Positions 1 through 10,329 are shown, numbered from the stretch's first letter. The stretch: 64,000 nucleotides of DNA from Desulfobacterales bacterium (GCA_046483495.1 JAWODC010000001.1:1-64000), one strand, 5' to 3'. The notes: a model not told the origin generated them from the sequence alone. Program-made: numbers and translations.

Positions 1-2
1 AT

Positions 3-260
3 CAAACCAGCATGAGCCACGGATTATTGTTCAACTTTGGGATACTGCTTTCTTTGGCAGGCTCTGTGGTAGTGGTTTTATTTCTGCCAATGGGAAATAT
101 TTGTACTTTAAGTAGCTCAGGTGGGCTGCTGGCCATCCTGTATCTGATGCTTATCGGACCTTTGGGAACAGCCCTAAGCAGTGGTGAAGCTGCCAATCCC
201 AATGCCAGTATCGGCGTATCCAGGAGCTTCCTGCTGGCACTGGGCTATGAGCTTCCCCTG
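3..260 (+). pseudogene. Fragment of a NuoH/HycD/MbxM-family membrane subunit (respiratory complex I subunit 1 family); open at the window edge, homology stops abruptly after YELPL
   Basis: Frame-3 translation ..SHGLLFNFGILLSLAG..GLLAILYLMLIGPLGTALSSGEAANPNASIGVSRSFLLALGYELPL matches the NuoH-family 'S.NP.a.iG..R...l.lgYElPl' segment; continues only as RKSLPSPSRAAPGP*. Confidence 0.7.
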
Positions 261-301
261 CGAAAATCCCTTCCATCTCCGTCGCGAGCCGCCCCTGGGC
301 C

Positions 302-331
302 GTAGGGTGGGCCAAGCATAGCGGGCCCACC
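302..331 (+). repeat. GTAG-type REP-like palindrome
   Basis: GTAG followed by stem GGTGGGCC-aagcatagcg-GGCCCACC; single copy in this window. Confidence 0.5.
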
Positions 332-356
332 ATCCTGGCCGTGGTGGTCTGTGGTG

Positions 357-785
357 GTCACTGCCCGAATCCGGTTCACTATACCCCGTGCACCATACAC
401 CTTCAGCTTCGGCGGCTGCAATTTTTGGAAGGTATTTCTTTTTCTGCTCTTCCGTACCGAACAACATTAAAGAGGGGCCTACCCACTTTGTTCCAGAGAC
501 GCCCATACCCAATCCCGGAATTCCCCAATAACCCGCCTCTTCCGCCAAAACCACCTGCTCCCAAACAGGCGCATCCTGACCGCCATATTCTTTGGGCCAC
601 TTCATGGTCAACCAACCTTTTTCGGCCAGTTTTTTGGCACAATTCATTCCATGGTCCCACATGTGGTCATGATGCTCCTCGGCAAACTGTATTGCTTCAT
701 TCTGGGGTACATTTTTCTTTACAAATTCTCGAATTTCACTTCTCAGTTTCTCAGCTTTTTCACCATAATCAAAATCCATGCGCAT
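357..785 (-). pseudogene. Acyl-CoA dehydrogenase, 5' part only (truncated after the FAD-binding SEPDSGSD motif)
   Basis: MDFDY..LRSEIREFV..GWLTMKWPKEYGG..LMLFGTEEQKKKYLPKI..WCTGYSEPDSGSD then unrelated sequence (HHRPPRPG..) where LASL.T.A is expected. Confidence 0.85.
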
Positions 786-1003
786 TCCCCTTTGTGAACA
801 ATTCCTGTACATTAAACATAACATTCCTTTTTTTCAGAAAATGAACTGCTTGTCAATAATAAAGTCATGATTCATAGGCATGGTTAATGCCCGGATTAGT
901 TGACCACAAATAATGACTTACAAATGAAGGTCTTTTTCAGCGAATGCTCAGGCATAACAATAAAAGGAGCAACACACAGATTGATTGGCCTTATGATTAA
1001 ACG

Positions 1004-1042
1004 AAAAAGCCCCGGAGAGTAGAAATAGCTCTCCAAGGGCTC
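1004..1042 (-). terminator. Probable intrinsic terminator downstream of DUF1329 gene
   Basis: Minus strand AGCCC-TT-GGAGAG..CTCTCC-G-GGGCT imperfect hairpin followed by TTTT, about 40 bp after the stop at 1080. Confidence 0.55.
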
Positions 1043-1079
1043 TTAGCATTATGAGAAATATATGCTTCCGAAAATCGTT

Positions 1080-2321
1080 TTACTGCCAGGTATGAAAAAT
1101 GCCGGGGTCGAACAGCGAACTCGGCAGCCCGGAATCCTGAGTCACTCCATTTGTGAAGATATTCATCCAATACCCGGTCTTCATGTCAAAATCCATTTGG
1201 GCATTAAAATACCCCTTTTCGCCCTGTACGGTTTTTGTTTCAGATACGTTGTTAACCAACCCTTTCCAGGGCTGCCCTCTTTTATCATAAACGATGGAAT
1301 ATACGTTCATATAATTGAGCTTGTTCATATAAAGAACTTTTTTGGACTCCGGATAGGTGGGGTCTTTTGGGATTACATCTATTATATATACATCTGCAAT
1401 GCCGTACGGGTATTCGGGTCCATGGAATAAGGGTGATTCGTATCGCAAATCCGGATATCTTCGAATATGAGCCTGTGCGTCCATATTTATGTTGCCGATG
1501 ACCTTTTTTTCTTCTGACAGCTTGTAGGTAAATTTGTTCAGCTTTCCGTCAAATCCCATGAAATCATCATAGGTTAGAGGCGTCCCGTTTATGGGATTGG
1601 CCCTTTCCGATGAAACCATCCGAAGTGTCCTTCGAAGAGTAGGGATATAGGACCACATGTCATCGTCTTTTTTCGGATCAAGATACCGCCATTGGAGCGT
1701 TCGAAGGTTTTTAAAGGAGGGCTGTAAAAAACGATTCATTTGCACCCAGAACAAATCATTTGGATTGTCCAGATTCGTTTCTAAGCCGGGAGCCGTCCGT
1801 CCAACGTATCGGACAAGTGCCGATGTGGTATTGTAGCAGGTAATTCTTCCACCTTTCCGCTTCGATGTCGTGGCAAACGGTTCTTTGTAATAGTAATCGT
1901 CCGAACGCCACCTGTAGTAATAATTGCAGAGTATTTTTTCAACTTTATTTGGTTCTTCAACGTCAGGAAACGGGATTCCGCAATATTCAAATCCGGTCAA
2001 TTTCATGTCTTCGGGATTCAGGGTAACCTTTCCACTGTTTTTTTCAGATTCCTTCCTGAAAGATTCCGGTGCAAGCGGTGTATGGACGTCTCCAACATAT
2101 ATCGGAGACGTAACGTCCGGGCTTACGACACCAAATCCGTCTTTTATGAACTGGACGACAAAAGGAGGAAGATAATCGGTGTACTGGTCCACGTTGGCCG
2201 GGGTTATTATGTCGCCGACATTGACCTGCTGCGCCGAAGATATTCCATGAATGGATAAAAGAAACATGCAAGCCAAAACAAGGGATTTTTTGAAGTGTAG
2301 CATTACTCGATTTCCTTTCAT
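1080..2321 (-). CDS. DUF1329 family periplasmic protein (outer-membrane lipoprotein-sorting-like), paralogue 1
   Basis: Signal peptide; GDIITPANVDQY; DDDMWSYIPTLRRTLRMVSSERANPINGTPLTYDDF; YDKRGQPWK. Confidence 0.88.
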   Translation of the reverse strand: MKGNRVMLHFKKSLVLACMFLLSIHGISSAQQVNVGDIITPANVDQYTDYLPPFVVQFIKDGFGVVSPDVTSPIYVGDVHTPLAPESFRKESEKNSGKVTLNPEDMKLTGFEYCGIPFPDVEEPNKVEKILCNYYYRWRSDDYYYKEPFATTSKRKGGRITCYNTTSALVRYVGRTAPGLETNLDNPNDLFWVQMNRFLQPSFKNLRTLQWRYLDPKKDDDMWSYIPTLRRTLRMVSSERANPINGTPLTYDDFMGFDGKLNKFTYKLSEEKKVIGNINMDAQAHIRRYPDLRYESPLFHGPEYPYGIADVYIIDVIPKDPTYPESKKVLYMNKLNYMNVYSIVYDKRGQPWKGLVNNVSETKTVQGEKGYFNAQMDFDMKTGYWMNIFTNGVTQDSGLPSSLFDPGIFHTWQ

Positions 2322-2435
2322 TCAATACTCAATGGGCATGGGAGTTTACCCCAAGCCCTGTTAATCTTCCGGCTGTAAACAGCCTCTATTATTTCAATTA
2401 TCTCAGCCGCTTTTATTCATCTTTACCGTAATGTA

Positions 2436-3524
2436 TTATTGCCTTTTTGTTGAGGCCGCCACAGCCGTCATCAACTCACGAAAACTCTTGGGAGGCACCA
2501 GGGGTTTGGATCGAATTACCATCTCAAGAGCATTCGATGGACAGGCAGAGACACATAATCCGCATCCAATGCAGAGCTCGTCATCAAGTTCGACTGCGTC
2601 GTCATCATTAAGGAAAAGCGCGTCTATAGGACACATTTCAATACAGGTCTCACACCCGTTGCAGGCGCCCTCAACTGGGCTTACGATATAATTCGACGGT
2701 GCACCGAAATTGATCTTCTGTTTATCCTTAAAAGTTTGGATAATCCCGCAGTGGCATATGCAGCAGTTGCAGATAAAATCGATTCTGTCCGAAACATTAC
2801 TCGAGCAATGAACCAGCCCGGCCTTTTCCGAACGGTCCAGGATATCCATAGCCTCCTCCTTCGAGACAAGCCGACCGATACCTCTCTCGTCCACGTATTG
2901 AGCTGTCGGCCCGAAGGTCAGACAGGTGTCTTTCGGTTTGTCGCACGGGTTCCCCAGAAGCTCGGCCTGATGTCTGCAAAAACACGTACCTTGTGCGATG
3001 TAATCGGCACCTTTTATATACTCGGAGACCTTATCATATGGATGTACCGTCGTACCGGAAGATATATTCTCTTCGATGGTAATAACACGGGAAAATGGAA
3101 ATGTAGGCCGATTCTTCTCAGCCTCGGGTGCCCCCCAGGTGACGTGATGCATTTTTTCGAAGAGCATCGCGAGTTTTTTGTCACGTTCAGTCGTTCCTCC
3201 GCGCATGAATTGATATTCCGAAATTCCGGGCACCAGCTGGAGCATCGTATAAAGTGTCACTCCGTCTTTTTTCCTTGAGAAAAGAAGGCCCTGATCGGCC
3301 ATTTTTTCAAGCAGCGGCTCGATCTCCTTTATGGGTATGCCCGTTTCCCGGGCGATCTGCTCTGCAGAAACAGGTCCCATGGGCATATTCACCGCCACCT
3401 CCGCCTGTTCGTTCGTAAACAGCTCCTCTACAAGAGCATAGAATTCTTTGCATTTAACAGGAGGAATCGCGCCGCCGCGCTTCATTAGAGCTTCAACCAA
3501 TTGTTCATAAATTTCTTCTGCCAT
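2436..3524 (-). CDS. HTH-containing 4Fe-4S dicluster protein
   Basis: N-terminal winged-HTH-like region, CFCR, ICNCCICHC and two CxxCxxCxxxCP motifs. Confidence 0.85.
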   Translation of the reverse strand: MAEEIYEQLVEALMKRGGAIPPVKCKEFYALVEELFTNEQAEVAVNMPMGPVSAEQIARETGIPIKEIEPLLEKMADQGLLFSRKKDGVTLYTMLQLVPGISEYQFMRGGTTERDKKLAMLFEKMHHVTWGAPEAEKNRPTFPFSRVITIEENISSGTTVHPYDKVSEYIKGADYIAQGTCFCRHQAELLGNPCDKPKDTCLTFGPTAQYVDERGIGRLVSKEEAMDILDRSEKAGLVHCSSNVSDRIDFICNCCICHCGIIQTFKDKQKINFGAPSNYIVSPVEGACNGCETCIEMCPIDALFLNDDDAVELDDELCIGCGLCVSACPSNALEMVIRSKPLVPPKSFRELMTAVAASTKRQ

Positions 3525-3564
3525 TATTTCTCCTAAAATTTATTTCTGATATCATTGGTAAGAT

Positions 3565-4365
3565 TCATTTGCCTTGAAACTTCGGCTCTCTTTTTTCGAG
3601 AAAGGCGTTCAATCCTTCCAGGCGATCTTCTGTTTGAAAGCAGTGGGAGATCACGAAAATTTCCCGTTCGAGAAAAGTCGTCATGTTTTCAGTTTCCATA
3701 CCATGATAAATGAGTTGCTTTGTTGCCCCGATGGCAATGGGCGGCCCCTTGGCCATGGTTTTGGCCATTTCGTAAGTAAAATCCATCAAGTCGTCGGCAG
3801 GGACGACGTGATTGACAAGCCCTATTTCTTTCGCTTCCGATGCATCCACGAGTTTCCCCGTAAAACAAAGTTCGAAAGTTTTTGCCGGTCCGATGATGCG
3901 GGGCAAATTAAATGCGCCTCCGGACTCCGGGGGTATGCCTCTTTTCACCCAGAAGGCACCGAACCTTGCATTTTCAGAAGCGATTCTTATGTCACAGCAA
4001 AGTGTGATGGCGAATCCCTGCCCCACTGCCGCTCCGTTGACGGCGGCAATGACGGGTTTGGGCATTCCTCTCATGACAACAGGAAAAGCCGGTTGAACTT
4101 CGACTGCCAAAACACCCCTTTTGGTTGAAACCTTTCTGGTGATATCGGTTTGCGGCGATTCCTTTATGTCTTCTCCTGCGCAAAAACCGCGCCCTGCTCC
4201 GGTAATCACGATGACTTTTACCTCATCGTCGGTGCGGATTTCCAATAAGGCGTGTTCAAATTCTTCCAGCAGTCGATTGGTAATGGCGTTCAACCGTTCC
4301 GGTCGATTAAAGGTAATCGTGGCAATTCCGTCCTGCTTGTTCAGAATAATTGTTCGATAATTCAA
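3565..4365 (-). CDS. Enoyl-CoA hydratase/isomerase (crotonase) family protein
   Basis: ITFNRPERLNAI, ITGAGRGFCAGED, PKPVIAAVNGAAVG, FLEKREPKF; TTG start with GAGGAG RBS. Confidence 0.92.
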   Translation of the reverse strand: MNYRTIILNKQDGIATITFNRPERLNAITNRLLEEFEHALLEIRTDDEVKVIVITGAGRGFCAGEDIKESPQTDITRKVSTKRGVLAVEVQPAFPVVMRGMPKPVIAAVNGAAVGQGFAITLCCDIRIASENARFGAFWVKRGIPPESGGAFNLPRIIGPAKTFELCFTGKLVDASEAKEIGLVNHVVPADDLMDFTYEMAKTMAKGPPIAIGATKQLIYHGMETENMTTFLEREIFVISHCFQTEDRLEGLNAFLEKREPKFQGK

Positions 4366-4526
4366 TATTATCTCCTCATAGGATCAGTTGAAAACAAAAA
4401 CATGCTTCGGCTATTTTGAGACAACCTGCATTGCATACCTTCGACTTTCGAAATGTCTAAAGAAATGTATTTTAAAATAGCTCTTTAGATCTTCTCTTTC
4501 GATGTGCTAAAGCGCTTAAAACAGGT

Positions 4527-5753
4527 TTAAAAATGAAGAAAAAAATTACCGGGATCAAATATGTCATGGGGAACTCCCGAATCCTGAATATTTTTATTTG
4601 TTACAACATTAAGCCAATGCCCGGTTTTGAAATCTGTAACGGATTGAGCAAACCACAAAGCATCCTCACCTTTTGATGTTTTATTCTTTGAAACATTGAA
4701 AATATAACCCTTCCAGAGTCCCCCCTTTCTATCATAAACCTCGGAATACATAGCCATGTAGTTGGTCTTGTTCATGTACAGTACTTTTTTGGACTCCGGG
4801 TATGAGGGATCTTTCGGATGTATTTCGATCACATAGGCTTCTGATTCACCATAAGGATAATTCGGACCATGATAGATCGGGTGATGATAATATCCTTTGG
4901 AATTTCTTTCATAATGGGAATCGATATCCAAATCGATCATGCCGATCATTTTTTTTTCGCTTATTAAGTTGTAGGAAAATTGACTCAATCTGCCATCGAA
5001 ACCATTAAAATCATCATACGTCAACGGTGTGCCGTTCATGGGGTTGGCTCTTTCAGACGAAACCATCCGGAGGGTTCTTCGAAGCGTTGGAATGAAAGAC
5101 CACATATCGTCGTCTTTTTCCAGGTCCAGGTATCGCCATGTCAACGTCATCAGATCTTTAAATGCCGGCTGGTGAAAATGAAGTGTCTGCGCCCAGAACA
5201 GCCCGTGCGGGTTTGGCGGATTTTTTTCAAACCCTGGAGCTGTTCGTCCGACAAAACGTATGAATGCAGAGCCGCTATTAGAGCAGGTTACTCTCCCCCC
5301 CTTTCTTTGCTGAGAGTTGGCGCACAAATATTCGGGTTCGTAATAATAGTCGTCTGTGCGCCACCTGTAATAGAAGTTGGCTATTATTTTTTCAGGCAGG
5401 TTGGGCTCTTTTAATTCAGGGAAAGGAATGCCGCAGTAATCGAACCCGGTCAGTGACAGGTCCTCGGGGTTTATCGTAACTTTTCCGATGTTCTCCTTCG
5501 ATGCGTTTCTAAATGAATCGGGAGCAAGCGGTATCGCACACTCTTCAATATGAATAGGAGATGCAGGGGGTACGATTCCATGGCCGTCTCTTATGAACCT
5601 GGCCATAAATGAAGTAAAATAATCCTTGTATTGATCGACATTTTCGGAAGTTATTACATCCCCCGGTTTTACTTCTACCGCCGTGGATATGCCTGCCAAG
5701 ACAAAAACAATGAAAACGCAGATTATGCATTTTTTTGTCTGGATTCGCATCAT
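4527..5753 (-). CDS. DUF1329 family periplasmic protein, paralogue 2
   Basis: Start after AAGGAGG RBS; signal peptide; DDDMWSFIPTLRRTLRMVSSERANPMNGTPLTYDDF. Confidence 0.88.
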   Translation of the reverse strand: MMRIQTKKCIICVFIVFVLAGISTAVEVKPGDVITSENVDQYKDYFTSFMARFIRDGHGIVPPASPIHIEECAIPLAPDSFRNASKENIGKVTINPEDLSLTGFDYCGIPFPELKEPNLPEKIIANFYYRWRTDDYYYEPEYLCANSQQRKGGRVTCSNSGSAFIRFVGRTAPGFEKNPPNPHGLFWAQTLHFHQPAFKDLMTLTWRYLDLEKDDDMWSFIPTLRRTLRMVSSERANPMNGTPLTYDDFNGFDGRLSQFSYNLISEKKMIGMIDLDIDSHYERNSKGYYHHPIYHGPNYPYGESEAYVIEIHPKDPSYPESKKVLYMNKTNYMAMYSEVYDRKGGLWKGYIFNVSKNKTSKGEDALWFAQSVTDFKTGHWLNVVTNKNIQDSGVPHDIFDPGNFFLHF

Positions 5754-6115
5754 CGCCACCTCCTTCTGGGTGATTTGTACAGAAAGGTAAGGGCCGGGGA
5801 GATTCAGGAAAATCCCCAGCCGGCCACATCGGTCCTTCAGTAGACATGGCAAAAACCATGGTTATGGCTTACATAATTATTTTATCTATATCGGTTTGAT
5901 GCTCAAGTGTAACCTCGATTGTTTTTTTGAAGCCGAAATGAATCGGGCAGCTTGAAAAAAAGTAAACTATTTGTGATATGCTTCGTAAGAGAGATTTTTT
6001 ACATACCGGCCGTTCCAGCAGGATAACGACGTACGAAAGACACGTTATTAGGGTCAGTCATGTAAAACGGATCGGCCAGGATATCGCCAGAACTGATCTT
6101 CAGAGCATGTTATAA

Positions 6116-6160
6116 ATCGACCGGTTGGTTCATATTGGCAATTTTGGAGGTAGATGTCAA
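6116..6160 (-). promoter_or_regulatory. Sigma70-like promoter (TTGACA-17-CAATAT) with ACCGA-N4-TCGGT-type operator (ACCAACCGGTCGAT) just downstream
   Basis: -35 at 6160-6155, -10 at 6137-6132, operator 6116-6129; 19/22 nt identical to the site at 10312-10333. Confidence 0.6.
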
Positions 6161-6477
6161 GCTTTTTTAAAAATGTTTTTCAATCGATTTTCAGCGCTCC
6201 GGATTGTTTTTTTTATGAGCGTTTACCTGGGTTACCGGCAAGCGAATTCAATTGCTTAGAGACCTTTCAGGCCGCCATCGTATTCATTCACATTTCGAAT
6301 ATTCGACCGGTGTCATATGAGACTGCTTGTCGTCTATGTGTAGAGGGACTGTGTTGATGCATTCCAATTGGGCCTGTTACCGCAAGCCCGGCTTACAGGT
6401 GGCGGTATCCGCTATCCGAACAGCTGATTTTATGAAGCTCACCTCATTTTTTGAAACCAAAACATCGGCATTCAGTA

Positions 6478-6501
6478 CCCGCCCGAATTTAGTCGGGCGG
6501 G
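6478..6501. repeat. GC-rich palindrome (REP-like or terminator) just downstream of the DUF1302 gene
   Basis: CCCGCCCGA-ATTTAG-TCGGGCGGG perfect 9-bp stem. Confidence 0.5.
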
Positions 6502-6521
6502 CGTTATAATATAGTAGAACA

Positions 6522-8204
6522 CTAAAAGGAAAACTGAGTGGTCAGAATCAGCATGTCGGAATCCTTTAGCAATCCATATGGATATTCATAAAAACTGTCA
6601 CCGAAAACATTGGCCCACTGGAGTTTAAACGACAGGTTGCTGTCTAAAATATCCGGTGTATAAGTGAATTCCGGCTGTATCAAACCGCTGCCGCGAAGGT
6701 TATATAAAACAGTTACTCCCGGCTTGTACATATTTGCCCGGTACCCTGTGCTGAAGCTTGTCAAGAAAGTGTGGGAATCCTTGTGATAGGTAATAAAATA
6801 AGTTGGGACGTGAATATCATCGAGATCATCGAGAATAAACTCCCCTACATACTCCACAATTAGAGAAAATGTTGCGTACTTGTTTAACGACCTGATCATA
6901 AGGTCCTTATTTAATCGGGCTTGAGCCAGGAGGTTATCCTTTTCGGTAATGCCTTCCGGATACTTTGCGAAATCCAGCGTATTGTATTGACGATCCGGCC
7001 GATAGGCGACATCAAATGCCAGTACACCGAAGCTAAAGTTTTTATTCGCAAAAAAACCGTACACGTTCTGTTTGGGATACTCTACGACCAAATTCAAAGG
7101 TGTACCGATAGGGCCTAACCCGCCCTTTACCCGTATTGTCGGGCTAAGTTCATTTGAATGCCAGAAATAAACCCCCGTCTGCCATCCCGCCAGTATCGAG
7201 GATGTTTTAAATCCCCACCTTGCATCCTCCAGGCTGGAATCGGGATAATCCGTCGTAGACACGGGGGGTCTTGTCAAATAAATCCCCGACGCCGGATAAG
7301 GCGTACCGGCAAATGCAGGACCGAAAAGGGATTCCGCCATCGCCGCATCGATCGGTGCTGTCGGGCCACCGAAGATATCGGCACCCTGGTAAATAAAACT
7401 GAATGGCGGGCCGGCCAATGGACCCGGGACAACCAGTGTAGTGCCGCCCGGACCGGCCCCCGGTATCGCGATAACGGCATCACGGGTACCGAACAGCTTT
7501 TCCATTCGGATTTCAGGATAAGCGGCGAACCGAGGAGCGGGCGTGAATGATCCGTCCGAGTTAACGGTAAGAGCGGCTGATGGGGTTCGATTCACGCGAT
7601 AACGGTCCGCTTGTATGTAAGGAGAAAACACCCAGTCAAGACTGGTGTTGATGGATGTAAAAAGGTGAAGTCCCCGGATCATCCAGATGGGCATTCGGGT
7701 GTCTTCCAGGTTGGTAAAACCCAGATCAAACCGAGAGTCTACGGGGTTGATTACATCCCCGACGCGGGCGCTGATGGATTCACCCCAATTAACGATCTGG
7801 CGGCCGATGCGAAGACTGTGGAGCGGGGTTATTCGCCAGTCCAGGCGAAGTTCTCGAAAGTCAAAGTAATTGTACTCGTTGGCCGGTATTCCACCACCTT
7901 CTTCCCGTTCATATTCGGGCTCGTAAACGGCAAGCACCTCAGCTTTTAAATCGAGGTTCGATGTAAACCCGCCGTTGAGGTTCAGCCGAAACCAGTTTCT
8001 GAAGGAAGCCAATGGATCCTGGTTATTTACATAATCCATGCTTTCCAACCAGACAGCCGTGTTGTTCCTAACGAAACCATCCAATTCCCAAGGCTGCTTC
8101 GGCATCTCAAAAGCATTGGCAAAAGAGGGGAAAAACAGAAATATCGCCCAAAGCAATCCAATCTGTTTAAAACTACTCACAATAGGTGTAAAGCGTTTCT
8201 TCAT
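6522..8204 (-). CDS. DUF1302 family outer-membrane beta-barrel protein
   Basis: Signal peptide; LRIGRQIVNWGE..DVINP.D..LEDTRMPIWMIR; C-terminal F; co-oriented with DUF1329 genes as is usual for this family. Confidence 0.8.
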   Translation of the reverse strand: MKKRFTPIVSSFKQIGLLWAIFLFFPSFANAFEMPKQPWELDGFVRNNTAVWLESMDYVNNQDPLASFRNWFRLNLNGGFTSNLDLKAEVLAVYEPEYEREEGGGIPANEYNYFDFRELRLDWRITPLHSLRIGRQIVNWGESISARVGDVINPVDSRFDLGFTNLEDTRMPIWMIRGLHLFTSINTSLDWVFSPYIQADRYRVNRTPSAALTVNSDGSFTPAPRFAAYPEIRMEKLFGTRDAVIAIPGAGPGGTTLVVPGPLAGPPFSFIYQGADIFGGPTAPIDAAMAESLFGPAFAGTPYPASGIYLTRPPVSTTDYPDSSLEDARWGFKTSSILAGWQTGVYFWHSNELSPTIRVKGGLGPIGTPLNLVVEYPKQNVYGFFANKNFSFGVLAFDVAYRPDRQYNTLDFAKYPEGITEKDNLLAQARLNKDLMIRSLNKYATFSLIVEYVGEFILDDLDDIHVPTYFITYHKDSHTFLTSFSTGYRANMYKPGVTVLYNLRGSGLIQPEFTYTPDILDSNLSFKLQWANVFGDSFYEYPYGLLKDSDMLILTTQFSF

Positions 8205-8284
8205 CAGCATCTCCTCCTCCTCTCTGTTTCCGATAATAGGTTCGGTGTTAACTCTTAAGTTAATGGTATTATCGGTAGATTGCA

Positions 8285-9511
8285 TTATGGCCAGGTTTGA
8301 AAAATGGCCGGATCGAATAATTCGGTTGGAAACCCGGAATCGATTACAAGCTTATTTGTTATTATCTGGAGCCAATGGCCGGTTTTTAGGTCGAAATCCA
8401 TTTGCGAGTTGTAAGGGCCGTATTCGCCTTTTTCTGTTTTTACTTTAGATACATTGCAAATCAATCCCTTCCACTGTTCTCCCCTCTTATCGTAAACCTC
8501 GGTATACACGTTCCAGTAATTATGCTTATTCATAAAAAGAACTTTTTTTGACTCTGGATATTTTGGATCCCTGGGAATGACTTCTATTTCATAAACATCG
8601 ACGAGACCGTACGGATAATCCGGTCCATGAAAGACGGGATACGGATAGTATCCCTCCGGATATTTCTCGTAATGAAGGTCCTCATCATAATTTATATTTC
8701 CGATAACCTTTTTTTCAGCAACCAAATTATAGGTAAATTGCTGCAGTTTTCCGTCAAAGCCCATAAAATCATCGTAGGTAAGAGGCGATCCGTTTATGGG
8801 ATTGGCCCTTTCAGAGGAGACCATTCGCAGCGTTCTGCGAAGAGTAGGGATGTAAGACCACATATCATCGTCCTTAACAGGGTCTATATAACGCCACTGC
8901 AGGGTCTGGAGATTTCTGTATGCAGGCTGAAAAAATCGGTTCATTTGTGCCCAGTACAACTCGTTTGGATTATTTAAATTTTTTTTGAACCCGGGAGCTG
9001 TTCGCCCAATGTAGCGTACCAGGGCCGATTTGCTGTAGGATTTAGTTATTCTCCCGCCCCTCCGTTGCTGGGTTGAAGCCGTCAGGTGAGGTTCCCTGAA
9101 ATAATAATCATCCGTCCGCCACCTGTAATAGTAGTTCGCCATTATTTTTTCGATTTTGTTTGGTTCTTTGACATCAGGAAATGGATATCCACAATATTCA
9201 AAACCGGCCAATTCAAAATTCTCCGGATTCAGCGTAACCTTTCCTTTGTTTTTTTCAGATGCTTCCCTAAATGACTTGGGTGGGAGAGGTATTTCAAGAT
9301 CCTCCACATGTATAGGAGTAGTAGGTTCTACAAGGCCAAAACCATCCTTGATGAACCGAACCACGAAGGGTGGAAAATATTCTTCGTATTCCTCGACATT
9401 TTCCGAATTGACCACATCTCCAAAATTGACTTCCTTGGCTATGGTGAAGTATGGCGTTATCAGCATTATAATAGATAACACTAAAATAAATTTACCGATT
9501 TTTTGAATCAT
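8285..9511 (-). CDS. DUF1329 family periplasmic protein, paralogue 3
   Basis: Signal peptide; DDDMWSYIPTLRRTLRMVSSERANPINGSPLTYDDF; closely similar to 1080..2321. Confidence 0.88.
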   Translation of the reverse strand: MIQKIGKFILVLSIIMLITPYFTIAKEVNFGDVVNSENVEEYEEYFPPFVVRFIKDGFGLVEPTTPIHVEDLEIPLPPKSFREASEKNKGKVTLNPENFELAGFEYCGYPFPDVKEPNKIEKIMANYYYRWRTDDYYFREPHLTASTQQRRGGRITKSYSKSALVRYIGRTAPGFKKNLNNPNELYWAQMNRFFQPAYRNLQTLQWRYIDPVKDDDMWSYIPTLRRTLRMVSSERANPINGSPLTYDDFMGFDGKLQQFTYNLVAEKKVIGNINYDEDLHYEKYPEGYYPYPVFHGPDYPYGLVDVYEIEVIPRDPKYPESKKVLFMNKHNYWNVYTEVYDKRGEQWKGLICNVSKVKTEKGEYGPYNSQMDFDLKTGHWLQIITNKLVIDSGFPTELFDPAIFQTWP

Positions 9512-10070
9512 TCCTAAACTCCTTTCAGATTGTTCTTAGTTTGACTGAAATAAGCAAACAATAACATTTTGTGACGTATCAGAAACGAATTATCTGCAAT
9601 GTACCCAGAGGATTGCTACAAAACAGATGTATTCCAATACCCCGGACCCATATAGCGCTAAGAAAATGAGCCTTCATCATCTGAAATTATTTAGAAACAA
9701 ATTGAAGGCGCTAATCTTTTCGGCATGCTATAATGGCATCGAAAGTTGCATGCATTTTACAGATCGATGTGCTACTCACCAATAAAGAAAGCCCCTACTA
9801 TTTATTTGGCAAAAAAGAGGTCCTTACAAAATCACGTGAGAAGCTATCCACAGACATATGCAGTCTCTACAGTGCAAAGGATGGTTGTCCTTGATCTTTG
9901 ACAAAATCCGATTTTTATAACAGCCTTTCAGGTATGTTTATGTTCCGGAGCTCATCATATAATGTTTAGTGTTCCCTAAAATCTCAAGAGGGGAGATAAT
10001 CAGCTGGTAATCGAAGTCAAATGAAATTGAGTGAGGAACGATTTAAAAATTAGGCATTATTTTTCATCTA

Positions 10071-10110
10071 ATGTGTAATTAGCACTTACACATAAAAAAA
10101 AGCATGTCAA
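10071..10110 (-). promoter_or_regulatory. Promoter (TTGACA-16-TAAGTG) overlapped by palindromic operator ATGTGTAA-N7-TTACACAT
   Basis: Perfect 8-bp inverted repeat 10071-10093; same architecture at 31008-31044 and 46066-46103. Confidence 0.65.
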
Positions 10111-10315
10111 CAAAAAAATAATTTGCCCCAATTTATTAGCCGGGCCGGATATTTATTTGGTAGCTATTTACATCGGAGGCTTCAGGCCAATAAATGGATA
10201 TCGGCATATTATTATCATAAATAACAATAGGTTAATATGTATAACCAATGGCAAACCAATTGCGAATCACGTTAGTCCTGATAAGATTCAACAGGGTGGA
10301 GGTTTTGCTGGATGA

Positions 10316-10329
10316 ACCGACCGGTCGGC
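10316..10329. promoter_or_regulatory. ACCGA-N4-TCGGT-type TetR operator (ACCGACCGGTCGGC)
   Basis: Perfect 12-bp palindrome CCGACCGGTCGG in intergenic DNA; related copies at 6116, 28707, 44311, 44489. Confidence 0.55.

Noticed and set aside
6478..6501. IS200/IS605 element end
   Set aside because: Isolated hairpin with no tnpA/tnpB or partner end in the window.
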